A DNA stretch of 63,742 nucleotides, the filler included, from Phoronis australis (taxonomy: Eukaryota; Animalia; Phoronida): the NCBI GenBank assembly GCA_002633005.1. It is 10 parts of 10 records of this genome, joined end to end, with 100 filler letters (N's around TTAATTAATTAA, not from the genome) between each part and the next. Parts side by side here need not be neighbours in the genome. Positions count along the whole stretch, not along the records: positions 1 to 11,099 come from NMRA01000675.1; positions 11,200 to 14,349 come from NMRA01003187.1; 8 more parts are not named here. One strand, given 5' to 3'. Below, in pieces: positions 1 through 13,114 of the stretch. Made by a program: the position numbers and the translations under genes. Numbering within the stretch: the stretch's first letter is position 1; the number at the start of each line of letters is the position of its first letter. The notes beneath the pieces were generated by a model, which saw only the letters and a list, made by a program, of their open reading frames with translations, ran no database searches and was not told the DNA's origin.

Positions 1-975
1 GGTTTGGACGACAATCACATCGCCAGTCAAACACATGCATGCTTTGTAGCATTATGTATAAGGGTAAGTGTTTTGTTGGTACTCGATAGAATCATGGGTA
101 GGAAGTGGACAACAAAGTTGATTGCTGAAATATTTTGAGTATATGTAAGACAGCAGCATCAAATTTGGGCCATAAAAAACTCACGTCTAAAATAAGGCAT
201 AGTGATAGATTTAACAAAAGTTAACTAATACTAAAACTATTTCAAACTAAAAACCCTGTTACTGCACGACTGCGTGTTGTATGGACACAGTGACTTACTC
301 GACAATGTACGGAATTGTGATATCGGATTTATTCATACCACAGGTAAAGACCTCAAAACAGGTTAGTACTTTGCCGTGTCGGTTGCCCGATATCCTGCTA
401 TGTATATTAATTAAGCAATGTCATGGCTGTTCCGTGAATCTTTTTGATAACGGTGTGCAGAAACCTGTTATGGATGTCGTCCAGTGGAATATCCTCCGTG
501 TAACATTTATTTAGTAACCAACGCACATTTCGAAGGTTTTGACGGCAATCACCTCGTGTTGAACCCAGAACGTCCAGTCCACCACATGCATGCTTTGTTC
601 CAACATAAACCCAGGCGAATGCATGGTTGATACGCGATAGAAACATGTGGGTATGATGGGATACGATAATTGTTATTGCATATATATTTTGAGTAAATGT
701 AAACAGCATCAAAGTTTGACCGTGTAAAACTCACGCTTAAAATTAACAGTGTGATAGATTGAACAAAAGTTAACCGATACTAGCACTATTTTATAATAAA
801 AACCCTTGAACAAAAGTTAAACAATACTAGCACTATTTTAAAATAAAATACCTATAACAAACTGCACGATCACGTGTGCGGAATGCAGAAGGAAACTTGA
901 GATCGGATTCATTCATACCACAGGCAATGACATTGGAAATTTCATTCAAGTCACATCAAAACAGGTAAATACGTT
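1..975. repeat. Diverged ~550-bp tandem duplication (copies ~20-370 and ~570-975)
   Basis: Shared blocks in the same order: cacatgcatgctttgt, cagcatcaaa, aaactcacg, gtgatagatt.aacaaaagttaac, actgcacga, atcggatt.attcataccacagg. Confidence 0.85.
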
Positions 976-1149
976 GTCATAGGGTCGATTTACAATGATG
1001 AGCCTCAAAACAGTACCAGAGTACCTTCAAATTTATAAAAAAAGTTATAAAACGCTTCAACAGATAAAGATATGAGATATTGAACATGCCCAAATTCCAC
1101 CAGTCGGCGCGTGCTATGCATTGGAACACAGAAAGAGATAAGCAACTGA

Positions 1150-4100
1150 TTCTTGACCGGGAGACTAAACATATGGTATTTTCTAATTACTCTGAAGACT
1201 TGAACATATAGTTTTCTCCGTTACCGTGAGATGTCACAGTCATCCATAATATGGTATCACCAAATGTTCCATCAATTGCATAGCCTTTAAAGATTCACCA
1301 TAATGATAGAAGTACCTAACAATTAACTTTTAAAACACATGCATAACAACACCCCTTGATAGTGATATTCAAGTTCATGTAGTAAACCATAGTGTTCACA
1401 TACTGTAAGAAGTTTAAAAAGACCGTCAACTGAGAGCAAGAACAGAACAAATCATTGTCATACATATTATGATTGATATATGCAGGAGATGCTACACAGA
1501 CGATTAAACAGTCATTCAAAAGTGATCTAAGTCCATCCATGTCCTGTTTGAAACTACTTCATGGAAGAGCCAAAGCCTCTCGAAAGGATCCAAAAAGTTT
1601 GGCAATGGTCAGTGAGCTGTTGCTTTTATTTACATTTTTAGTTTCCTGGTACTAAAAGTGTGCTGCTCCCCTGTCAATGACTTTTTCTGGTCTCATAGGT
1701 TGTTGAACTAAGTAGCATTCCTTTCAGTCGGATTTGATAACCTTTGGCTTGACAGGACCTTTTCAAAAAAAATCTAATTTGTTGTATTATAGGCGTTATA
1801 ACACTTGAGAACCTTCAGAGGATCGATCTGTGTCTTATATACATGTATATATAATGCAGTATGAAACGTAAGCAACACTTTACTTCTTCCATTTTGGATA
1901 TCCGTAGGTCCCATCGTATCGTGGGTATGGGTATGGCGTGTAAATAGATAAAAACGTGTACTAATTAAATTTACAAACAGTCGACAAATCAATTGTTTTC
2001 AATACTGCTTATGCTTCTGAAATCTGCAAAGGAATTCAATTAACACCATTCAGCATGCATTTTGGGGTCTTGAACGTAATTTTGATTCAGTCATGCCGTT
2101 GTTTTAGTATGTTAGGGCTTGTATTAGTGTGTTAGTGCAATTGTCAGTCGGGATTAGAAAGAGCGCTAGCGCCTGCACAATTGTACCACCAAGACCTGCA
2201 ACAAATGTCTAGTGTAATAGATTTGATGGATGTATAGAGATCTATTCATTTGAAGTACATGTGCGTCATCACATCCAAACACTAATACCTGAGTACAACC
2301 CAGAGTACAACAAAACTACAGTCAACCCTTAAGAACTATTACAATAATCTGGAAACAACACAGTTGTCACTGGTGGAGAGCTGTAAATGCAAAACCCAAA
2401 TGTTATCAATAACATAATTTAATCAGCACTATCGTCCTTCATGTATCTGGAAAGAGAGCATATCACAGCGTGCGCTCTCACGGAATTGCAACTTACGGGT
2501 CTTTTTACCTTTCCGTCTCCGGTTTTATTTTGTGTCGGTTATCGGCGACATCTTATGTTCTCTTCCAGTGGTAGCGAGGTCATGATGCTGCTTGTTCTTG
2601 TCCTGTATGATCCTAAAAAGTCTCTATATTTCTCTCTCAGTTTCAATATTTAAATTCATCTCAGAAATGGCTGCTTACATTTATGTAAAACATTGAAATA
2701 CCAATATTTAAACGCAGTTCACAAAACGAAAATGAAGTGATCATATTTAAGAACATGAAGAGTAATTCCTAAATCACTTCTGGAAAATTTACCATTTAAG
2801 TAAATTCGACCTTCTTATTGTGACCGCTGTTTTACTATCGATGAGCTCTGTCTTTTGCTAAATACTATGATTTTTGAGAGAATGTGAGCTGAAACCAGGT
2901 GAGAAAGAGTGTAAATGAAAAAGAGATGCCTGAATGACTGGCAAGTAGATGTTTCACGTTACTTTTCTATGTTAAACAAACTCGCATGCAGTCGAAACAA
3001 GTAACTTCTAGGAGATTTACAGCTTAGCAGCACCATACCTTTTGTCTCTGATGTCATTAGTGTAAGTGGTACTGTAGCACATTTCGAACCATGTCACTGT
3101 TCTCAGCGTAAGATCCTGTATGCTAATGGTATACTAGTCAGCCAAAGTCCAGTGGATCGACGAAAGGCTAAGTCGCTAAAAACTACAATGAGGTTTAAAG
3201 GAAATCAACACGTCCGAAGTAGTAAAACCTATTTGTCCTCAAATGAAAACTAGAAATGAGAAAAGGTATGATCTAAGGTATAAATTCACGGTTTTTAAGT
3301 CTTCAAATCCGAAGATCAACACAAGACCTAAACCACATTAGTTCAAAAGCTAAAAGTTCAAATTTTCATGACACGAGTTTCCGAACGGCGGTTTGAGCAA
3401 AATATATGGTAATTTGGAAGCACATGCCTGTTTGACACTAGTTCTTCGAAGAGCCTGTGCCTCTGGAAAGGAGGCAAACAAAGTGGTTACCGCCACTAAA
3501 CTTTTGCTGGTCCGCTGCTGTTGAGGTTTCTGGTATCATAAATCTTGAAACCAGTTTTGATCTAACTAGATTTCTTTTCTGTCGGAGTTGTGAACACTTG
3601 GCCAAATATGGTCTTTTTATAAACATTTCATTTCCATACCATTGGATGTCAGGACTTGAGAACCTTCAGAGTGCCAGGCTGCATCCAAAATATATAGCGG
3701 CATTAAACGGAAACAACGTTAGTTCACCTACATTTTCGTCTTAAATCCTTCGTCATCCGTTTTGGTTATCCGAGGTTCACAGCGTATCGTTGAGGTACGG
3801 TTATACCGCGTAAAAAGACAAAAACCTGTATTAATGAACTTTTCAAACAACCGACAAATCAACAGTTTTCAATTTGCCACTTGGAGATCAATTGAAAAAT
3901 CCTTGTCTCTACACCAATAGAAATCGGTCACGGGAACCATTGTTCATCTCCATCTGGCTGTGGCATCTCCAGAGGAATTCAAATAACACCATTTAGCAAG
4001 GATTTTATGACCTTGAACGTCCTTTGGATTAATTCATGCCGTCTTTCCTGGTATGTTAGGCAGTTGTTGGGCGGGATTAGAAAGTGCGTTAGCGTCAACG

Positions 4101-5900
4101 CGTAAGCACAAGCAAGAAAAATAACACAAACTCTAGTCCAAGCGAATTGTAAATACAATTGACAAATGGGCAGATCTATTCATTAGAGTAAATGTGCGTC
4201 ATCACGGCCCAAGCATTAGTACATGAGTAGACCCAAGGTTACCACTAAAATGCAGGCAACACTTGGAGTCTATTACAACGAAATGTATACCAAACATTGG
4301 TAACAGGTGAAGACCAAAGTGTTATCATTAACGACCCGTGCTTTATGCATCGGGTAAGACAGCACCTCGTGGCATGGGGCCTGACGCAAGAGGCAACTTC
4401 GGGCTTCTGTTACCTTTCTGACTCTGGTGTTTTTTGTGTTAGTGGCTCAGCGACATGTTTGGTTTGTTGCCAATGGTGGATCCTGCTGGTTCAGATCCTG
4501 TATGACCCTAAAAGAAGTGTTTAGTACATTTCTCAGAAATAGCTCTTCAGATTTATGTGAAACATTCAAATACTATTATTTAAACGTCGTTCACAAAACG
4601 AAAATGAAATGATCATATTTTAGATTATTAACAGTGTTTCTGATACCACTTCTGAAATATTTTTATCAAATGAAAATCTATATTGTTATTGACACCGTTG
4701 TTTTACTAATAGTGTGCTTTTCTCTTTTGCTAAATTTTGCAGTTTTTGAGAGATTGTGCCCTGGAACCAGTTATGAAACAGTGTACATGAATAAAGACGG
4801 TGCCTGAATCAGTAGCGAATAGAATTTTCACTTTATTTTTCCGAATCAAACACGTTGCCCATAGGAGTACACACGTCCAGGACGTTTACAGATGAACTGC
4901 ACCACACCGTTTGACTCTGATGTCATTCGTCATAATGGTCCTGCAGCATATATGGTACATTTGTATGTCGTCACTGCTGGCAACTTCCGTTATCACACGT
5001 GGATGGTATATTAGTCAACCAACGTCCGGTTGGAGGATGACTGGGACAAGTCGCTAAAAATTAACCCCTTGAAAGTGATAAAGCAATACGGCCTGAATTG
5101 AAATCTACAACTGAGAAGGTGTTTGGGCTGAAGGTATAAAACCACGGTATTCTTCGATTTCAATGTTAGCTAGACCAAGAATCCATAAATCTTAACATCC
5201 ACTGAAGTCCGAAAGCTTATCATTTTCAAAAGTAAACGTTCGAATGTTCAGGACACGAGGTCCTGAAAAGTGATTTCGTTAAAAATTTTGGAGTTAGTTT
5301 CTATACACGTGCCCTTTGAAACTAGTGATTCGAAGAGCCAGTGCTCCTCAATGGGATCCAAACAAATGTTGTCATTGCTTACTGAGCTGCTACATTTAGT
5401 TACATTATCAAATTTTGGAATACAGCCAGTAAAATTTTGCTGCTCTGTTGTCAGACCTCGTCAATAGTTTCAACTAGACCTTCTTTATGTTGGATTTTTG
5501 AACCTTCGGACTCAAGGTCCTTTTGAAAACGTTTTCATTTGTCGCATAATTTGCCTTCTAATTTGTACACCTTCGGAGTATCGAACTCTATCCTATTTAT
5601 ACCAATGCATTATGATTCGCAAGCATAATAGATTTCCTTCTTAGCTCTAGTATTCGGTTGTGAATTTTCTTTTTCCATGCTTCTTCTTCCGTTTTGGTTA
5701 TCCGTGGGTTGCAGCGTATCGCTGTTCCGTGGGTATGGCGAGACAATAGACAAAAACATGTATTAACAAAATTTTTGTGACCTTTTACGTTATTTGGATT
5801 TATTCATGCTGTCTTTCTGGGTACGTTTGCGCTTGTGTCAGTAGGTTAGTGTAATTGTTAGTCGGGATTAGAAAGAGAATCAGCGTCAACGCGAATACAC
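1150..5900 (-). repeat. Old tandem array, ~1.88-kb unit, about 2.5 copies, with decayed coding-like blocks on the minus strand
   Basis: Anchors recur at near-constant offsets: gaagagcc at 1564/3448/5332; tatccg..cgtatcg at ~1898/3767/5699; gggattagaaag at 2150/4073/5864; gttcacaaaacgaaaatgaa.tgatcatattt at 2717/4589. Confidence 0.85.
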
Positions 5901-8900
5901 GACCAAGACATTGGGGCTATTCGGAAAATCTACAATAACTAGAGGGCGTGCGTGTACTAGTGGTGATAGATTAACAGCCTCGATTTCGCGAGCCCTTTAG
6001 ATACATGGTGAAATGGCTTGCAGACGTGCCAACTAAATCTGAGATTGCGTAAAAAGGGTGTTTCTATGAGAGGAAGTAAGCACGACCTCATACAAAGGTA
6101 AGGTTTGTGATTATTTTAACGATTATTCCATGATTATTCTACCGATGCTTGTTAACTGAGGCGCTCGCCAATGTCGACTTCACGGCAGTCAGTCGCCAGC
6201 CAGAGCCTGGTTAATTTTTTGTATGTTGTGATATGTGATACGATACTTGACGTAGCAATCGGGGTCTTTTCGTACATCAAAGCATTACTATTGTTTGGAA
6301 TGATTTCTAAAAGTTTATCAGTTACAGTTACATCAATCAATGCTGAATATTTATGCTGTCAACTCGATACAGGTTAATGCCAATGGCAAAGGGTACGTGA
6401 GTGATAAATATCCATTGCATTAGACTAGTATTTGTTTACTCCCTATCATATGTCTTCTGGAAATCTATTACACGTTGAAATGGAAATCTATCACGTCAGT
6501 TTTCACGTAACCTTTGGTTTTTAGGTTTGAAGGCTTGTACCGTGCAGAGGAGATATGCATCGCTTCTGCACTGTCCCTGAATGGACAAAAAATGGTTTTT
6601 AGCATTTGACTGCAGCTAACCAACAAGATCTTCCCATCCAGTGCAGATATGTTGTCAAAGCCTACTTTCAATATTGGAGACAACGAACAAAGCCTTTGAA
6701 AAGGAACAGCTATTTTTAAAGTCATTTTGTTAAATTACTTAATATTCAGGTCCCGAGGGGGGATTGGCATGGGGGGTTGTAATATTTGGTGCAACTGAAT
6801 GTGTGGAAATAACAGGTAATACATGTTTGGGGAAAAGAGCATGGTGATGTAATTCTTAACCTTCAGGAAGTCCCTTCAAGTTGACTTCATGAAACTGTTT
6901 TGCTACTTGATCAATTATAAAACCACGAAAATATATTACATTTTCCGAATTCACAGTGACTGAATAGTCTTAACTCACGCCTTGAAATGTTGCAAGTCGT
7001 TATAAATTCAAATGACTGCCATTCTTGTGAAAATTGCATTTTTGATGGTGCCTTACGATTTGCAATTACTCTTAAACAACAGAAAGATTATCCATCATTT
7101 TTAAATGACCCAAGTCTTCATATCTTCTGTTAGAAGAAAAACGGTTCCCTCAACCTTAGGCTAGAAGTATGCTTGACAGACCCATGAACCAGTAATCCGA
7201 GTTTAAAATTGCTCAAAGTATCAAAATTAAAAGGGCTTGAAAATGGGTAACAAAGGTTTGAAGTTGTCTCAAAAAATGTGTATATTTTACAGACAAGTGA
7301 TGCGTTTAAAGAATTGTTATGGCTAGGGATAAAAAATAAAGACACAGTTTTATGCAATACTCATTATATACACCCTTGGTTTCTGAAAATAGTAATTATT
7401 TACTTTTATGTGAAACTGTAGACCAATCACCATATATTTTTGAAAAACAGGGATAAAATTTTTGATCCAATCTGGAGTACTTAATTATTCATATTTCAAT
7501 ATTTGTTCCAGGTTCAGTGACATTTTAAGGCCTCTTCGAGCTGTATCATACACAAGCTTTGTTACTCCGTTCTCTTCCCACAGCACTTCCACACACCAGC
7601 AGTGCTGCATGGCACAATGTGCAAGTCAGTGGCCCTGGAGAAATGTGAATCGCAGAACTAAGTTACCATAAGACAATGTGCCAGTGGAGTGTCTGTGTAT
7701 CCAGACGAACTACAGTATATCTGACTGCTACACAAATAAGCCTTGTTGGTGAGGATGCCCTTTCATAGGCAATGAGTCGTTCGTGGACAATAGCTTATTC
7801 CCTTTCCTGGAAGAAACATGAGGGACTGAAGCTAAAGAAGACCTAGTCACACTCTGGTCTAGTTCAGAGTCTGATTTTGGGCTCGAAACGATTCAAGTGA
7901 TATGCTGCTGTGTTTACCTTCAAGGGTCTAATTGTGGATGTTATTGAGGTTGAATGAGGTTACATGAAAGAAAGCCACGTGTTGAAACTGGACCTTTTTT
8001 ACAAGCGCTTCTATAGGCCATTGAAACTAGAACCCAGTGAAATGAAAGCCAAAAGCTGAGTGACATTAAATTTTCCTTTCAGAAGAAAGGCTTTTTGCTA
8101 TTGGTACAGATTATGGGGAAATGACATTCAGTGACTGCATCGATTGTCTTATTGTATGTTTTCAATTGTAGCTAGCTGGACAAGAATCTGCTATGCACAA
8201 GATTCGAGAATAAACAATTATCAGTGTTTTTAAAAACAAATGGCAAACTGAAAAAGCACAGAAAGAAACAACATTGCGAGGGAGTCCATAATCAGGCATA
8301 TCAGGTGCTGCGTATTTTGATAAAAATTCCATCTTTTACCAGTTGTTTACATGCAGACAGCCACGCATGCGCAATTCAATCACCACTAGTACAGCACCGA
8401 CACCGCGAGGAGAATTCTCCGAATAGCCCCATTGTTTTATTACTTCACATGTATTCATGAATAGCTGAGCCCGGAATGTTGTATACTTCCACATTTTCGA
8501 CAGGTTTGTAGATAATATATAAAGCACTGTTTGTTTGCTATTCTGGTATTATTCTGTACGGGAGTAAGCTTTTTACGTTCTAAACATCCTACAAGCGTAT
8601 AGTCGGTAGAATATTTTTTGCCTGAGAGCTGCACATTTACTATATACGAGACGAATAAACACCAATTTACGAAGTGTTTGCGGAGAGTAACCGTATATTT
8701 AGACCAGGTGCTGCCGTGACCCAGCGGCATCAACGTTAAGTAATACACAACGGCATTGTTGAGTGACGAGTCTTAAGTCAGAAAATAGTGGTATTGGCTG
8801 GTCCCTAATAGGAACTAGTCTTGATTACTTTACTTTATATGATTGCAATCAATTTATACATGCAGTCACTAGCAGGTAATGGTGGCATAGAATCACAGTG

Positions 8901-8935
8901 TAAGTGTTCACGTGCGATGCAAAATGATCGAGTAC

Positions 8936-9082
8936 CTCGCAAGTGTTCATAGCTGGCTCTCCTTTGCGAAGTCTATCCGCCACTGTTTTGGGTATCATCT
9001 GGTAAAGAAGGGTATCGGTCCGCTTCATTTCCAAGTCAAGTTTTCGCATACTGTCTTCAAGTGTCCGACTCTTCTTTTGTTC
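8936..9082 (-). CDS. Gyc88E-like soluble guanylate cyclase exon (signalling coiled-coil): [49 protein letters not shown]
   Basis: [17 protein letters not shown] is the motif immediately before the cyclase domain; ttcatcag acceptor and GAG|gtac donor; 147 nt in frame. Confidence 0.95.
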
Positions 9083-9243
9083 CTGATGAAATGTTTTCTG
9101 TTTTTATCAATTTGAAATACATTGAAATAAAATCGATAAATCCGTTGACAAGATTATTCGTTTATATTTTTTAAGAAAATACTAAATACACCCAGGTGTT
9201 TGGGTAAAGTAGAAACGTATCAAAACAAAAACGATATCATTAC

Positions 9244-9373
9244 CTGATCTAAGGCGAGCTTTAGTTCTGCCGATTGTTGAGTTCCAGCCAATACCAAATC
9301 TCGACTGGAATCATGCATACTGAGATCGTTGATGTATAAACCCAGTTTAAACATCATCTCCAAGTTAGCCATG
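9244..9373 (-). CDS. Gyc88E-like soluble guanylate cyclase exon: [43 protein letters not shown]
   Basis: [30 protein letters not shown] is characteristic of Gyc88E-type atypical sGCs; ttttcag acceptor and CAG|gta donor (phase 2 to 0). Confidence 0.95.
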
Positions 9374-9795
9374 CTGAAAATGCACAGTCGTAGTTACTAG
9401 CTACACAGAATTGGGTTGAGTTCCGTTGATGGCAATTAGCTCGCACTTGCGGCAAGAAATCTTCGTTTATAGAATGGAAACAAGCAAATTCAATCCCGAA
9501 ATTTATCGATTCCATCCGATTATTTAACATCTCAACGTCATCGTCTCATCACTTTAGTGGCGGCCATTTTGCTAGGACAAGCACGTAAGCTCCCGAGCAT
9601 GGTCGCAAAACACTAGCTTTTAGTTCCCCTTATTATGTGAGGTCTTGCGAGATTTTACTTTCTTCGCAAGGAACTAGGTCAACGGAACGCTCTCGCCCTG
9701 GTTGGTTCGCAAGTTTTGTTCTTGATTTGCCCTTAACATGTGCATTTAATGAGCATCTGACCTCTAAAGGAAATTAAACGAAAACCGATACGTAC

Positions 9796-9934
9796 ACGGG
9801 TGTTCCCAGAAATACCATGCAACTCCACTCCTCGACGTACATCATCTGTCCTTTTAAATGGAGACATTCGCCGTCGTCATTTTCAGATGACTGGTAGGCT
9901 GACATTACGTCGGACTGATGGGCACGAAATATAT
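9796..9934 (-). CDS. Gyc88E-like soluble guanylate cyclase exon: DIFRAHQSDVMSAYQSSENDDGECLHLKGQMMYVEEWSCMVFLGTPV
   Basis: Contains the sGC HNOBA signature LKGQM...FLGTP; gtttcag acceptor and GT|gtacg donor (phase 1 to 2). Confidence 0.93.
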
Positions 9935-10427
9935 CTGAAACAAGTGAATGATATGCAACCGAATATCTCTAGGGAAAGTTTCACTGTAAGCTGTTCAGTT
10001 GTCGGGAAAAACGCCATTATTTTGTAGTTGGTGCGAAATCTGATACTGTCAGTTCACCAACTAGCGATCGCTTAGTCATGAAGTTCTTAATCTCCACAAG
10101 AGTCGATCGCTTTTAGCGGTGCAAAATTTTGCAACCGATGAGAAACGTTCCGATCAATCAAAATTTGGAAAATGTCTCGCAACGGTAAGCAGTACTACAC
10201 GAAACGGATGCTTGTGAGTGCGTTTGGTTGATTTGGGGGAAAAGGCAAGTCTACTATTTTTCAGCTACAGGTTAATTTTCAAACTGTACACTTGTGTTGT
10301 TTTTAGACTCCGAAATGTGAGGTTTGAGGTCTGAAAGATAACAAAGTGACTTCGGCAAAAATCATCAGTTATTGTTGTTTTATATTGCCTCTTAACACCT
10401 TGGTATACACGAGATGGCAATACTCAC

Positions 10428-10515
10428 CTTCCCCAAAAAGCTCTTCTTGAACACACAGTTTCCTTACGGGGTCTATAGTGGTAAGTTCAAATTGCGTATT
10501 TGTGTGCATTACGAT
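10428..10515 (-). CDS. Atypical soluble guanylate cyclase (Gyc88E-like), internal exon in the HNOBA/PAS region: IVMHTNTQFELTTIDPVRKLCVQEELFGE
   Basis: tttttacag acceptor and G|gtgagt donor (phase 0 to 1), in frame with the next exon; resembles the sGC N..FEL.T.DPV segment. Confidence 0.85.
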
Positions 10516-11099
10516 CTGTAAAAAAATAATAAAGGGATTGCCATGAACAGGTTGGCTCAAGTCGTCAACGACCAGTGCTAAAAGCATCATGCGGTGAGAT
10601 ACTGGGCTATAAACATTTGTTTAAGTTAATCGCTTCTTTAAGCAAAACACGTAACAACATTTTACCTGTCTGATCTAATGTTACAGACAATGTCGTGGAG
10701 CCATCACTTGTGAGGAATTCTTGAAGTTTTACCAACCGACTACCTCACAGACTAACTTAAAGACTCAAGAGTTGACTATTTCCCTGATAAATTCCCACTA
10801 ATCTGTGCGTTAGTATAGTATGTTACATGTTCTTGAATTTTTCACCAATTCAAGGACATACATGAACTGAGATTTTCTCGAATTTACCCAATCACTCTGG
10901 AAGACTGGACTAGGGTTTCCAAAACATTCAACGCCTCTACACTGCTCCAGGTTTGTAGAATATCCTAAACGATGGTTCTTAATCATTCCATTATATACTA
11001 AAAATCTCTAGAATATTCTCAGCTTTTCTATTTTAAATGAGTTGTTATATTACTGGTCTGATCTCATCTGGGACGGTCAAACAACTGCAAACGAAACAA

Positions 11100-11199
11100 N
11101 NNNNNNNNNNNNNNNNNNNNNNNNNNNNNNNNNNNNNNNNNNNTTAATTAATTAANNNNNNNNNNNNNNNNNNNNNNNNNNNNNNNNNNNNNNNNNNNN
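11100..11199. other. Artificial contig spacer (44N-TTAATTAATTAA-44N); identical spacers at 14350-14449, 17570-17669, 30472-30571, 40234-40333, 47523-47622, 50858-50957, 56806-56905 and 61181-61280
   Basis: The same 100-bp string occurs nine times. TTAATTAATTAA puts a stop in all six frames, as used when concatenating unplaced contigs. Confidence 0.97.
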
Positions 11200-12060
11200 T
11201 CAACAGAATGATTACAAAAGACCAGTGAATTGTGACCAACTGGACAGTTTGCAAAGTAACTCCGACTTACCAATAAGTGACCAATGAGTGAACAACAGAT
11301 GAGAACCAGCGATGCCTTTTGACATTAATTTTTTATCTAGGCGACACAATAAGGTTATAAACCTGGTCGCAACTTTTTCATTACTCAGATTAGTCACTCA
11401 TGACTACATTGTGCAAAAACTGACGATTGGATATTTCTCGAGACCAAGCTCAGCAAGTTGGCATTTCAGATCTGCTCAAGTCACCTTATGATCTGACCAC
11501 GTTTCAAGCATGAACTGTTGGCTTCTCTCAACACCTCTCACAGTAATTTCTGATGGGATATAAAAGGGTGACCTAAATCAAATGGTGACCTAAATCAAAC
11601 CCTGTTTTTGACAGAGGTGGATTAAGGCAGCTTTAACTTAGACACTCAGCTTAAATGTGATGTAAATCAAATTGCAAATTGTAGAAATATTTAATATTAC
11701 TTATTGTAAATTATTTGGCCAGACTATGTTGAAGCAATGTTAGAAATATCTCACAAAGGAGAAAAACCTAGAAGCACTTTGAAGCGAAAAAAATCAGCCA
11801 CGTGATAAATTCAGCCAAAACAATTTGCTCAATCACATCAAATTTCAAAGGCCTCCCAGCAATTGCATTTCCAGTGGTTCGAATATACACTTACACTGGA
11901 AATACTGTGTGCAAAAGATGATTGCACTTGACTGCAACAGACAGACGACAGCAGGAGGTTGGAATCCTGAAGACCCAAACAGCACCAACTGTAAATGTCA
12001 GCAGCCCACTTCTGTTGCACTGACCTGATCTGACTGCACCTAGTCTAAGTTACACACCTC

Positions 12061-12076
12061 CCACTAGATGGCGCCA
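12061..12076 (+). promoter_or_regulatory. CTCF-like binding motif CCACTAGATGGCGCCA, with a second weaker same-orientation site CCAATAGAGGGCAG near 12667
   Basis: Full match to the CTCF core consensus CCRSYAGRKGGCRS. Motif match only. Confidence 0.5.
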
Positions 12077-13000
12077 GCATACAGTCCTCCTTGCAACACA
12101 GCCGCCATGTCACTCACCTTGCAGTTTCGGGTTATGTGAGACTTAGTCTACCAATCTGTGCCAAATAATTATAAGGCTATAGAGATCGACTTGTTAGAAG
12201 TACATACTTGCTGAATTGAGAAAGGCCGCAGGATTTGATTTACAACTTAACAACATTCATTAGGCCGTGCAAACATGTCTTTCTACTAAAATTTAGCAAA
12301 AAATAAAGGCAAAGCAAAAGAACTGTATCAATAACAATACTTAATTTAATTTTAATAGAAATGTTCACGGGAGAATTTCAAAAAAAAAACATTTGTATAG
12401 TTTTTAAAACAGTTCATTTTCATTTTATGCAACTTTTGAGCTTTTCGTAACAATTGCAGAAGTCCTATTTTTAGAGAGATCCTCATGCCAAGATGAAACA
12501 TTTTGAAAACAATTCCAACAACGGCGTTTTGGAAAACAGCACAGAAACCATCGTTTATCATGAATGTGATCAGACATTTCTGATACCAAACTTTGACATT
12601 TCTTACAAAGAATAGTCCTGCATAACCTTAACACATTCCAGAAGACAAGTTCCTCTACTCAGGTCACCAATAGAGGGCAGTGATTGTAACAATTGCACTT
12701 ACCTGACACTGTCATCTTATAACCACTTAGTCAACTGGAAACAGTTGGTTGTCTATTTATTCTTAAAATCTATTCCAGCATACCATAGTTATTATCCCTT
12801 ACAAGCAGTACCAGCAGACTACCTCCCTTCTATACTAGACCCATCACTGATGTCACTGTCTTACCTATTTAAGTTCCTTGGGTACAGTATTGAGCCATAC
12901 AATTAAAGCACACAGGATGTGTAACTGGCACTTGTAGTCAGTACATTCTGCCATGAGCACCTACCCACCACTACAAAAGCTCAGTGTCCGGGTTACTTAC

Positions 13001-13114
13001 TTGTCTTCTAAGCAAACGACTTTTGAGACGCTGGCGCATCCTGTCAACAAACATAGACACACTGACGATGGAATCCATCTTGTATTTGTCTCGTTTCGGA
13101 TTCATCTTTGCCAT
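13001..13114 (-). CDS. Candidate first coding exon of an unidentified gene: MAKMNPKRDKYKMDSIVSVSMFVDRMRQRLKSRLLRRQ
   Basis: ATG in gtgATGG context, 38 open codons ending exactly at a consensus CAA|gtaagt donor; possible 5'UTR acceptor (catacag) near 13217. No family recognised. Confidence 0.45.
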
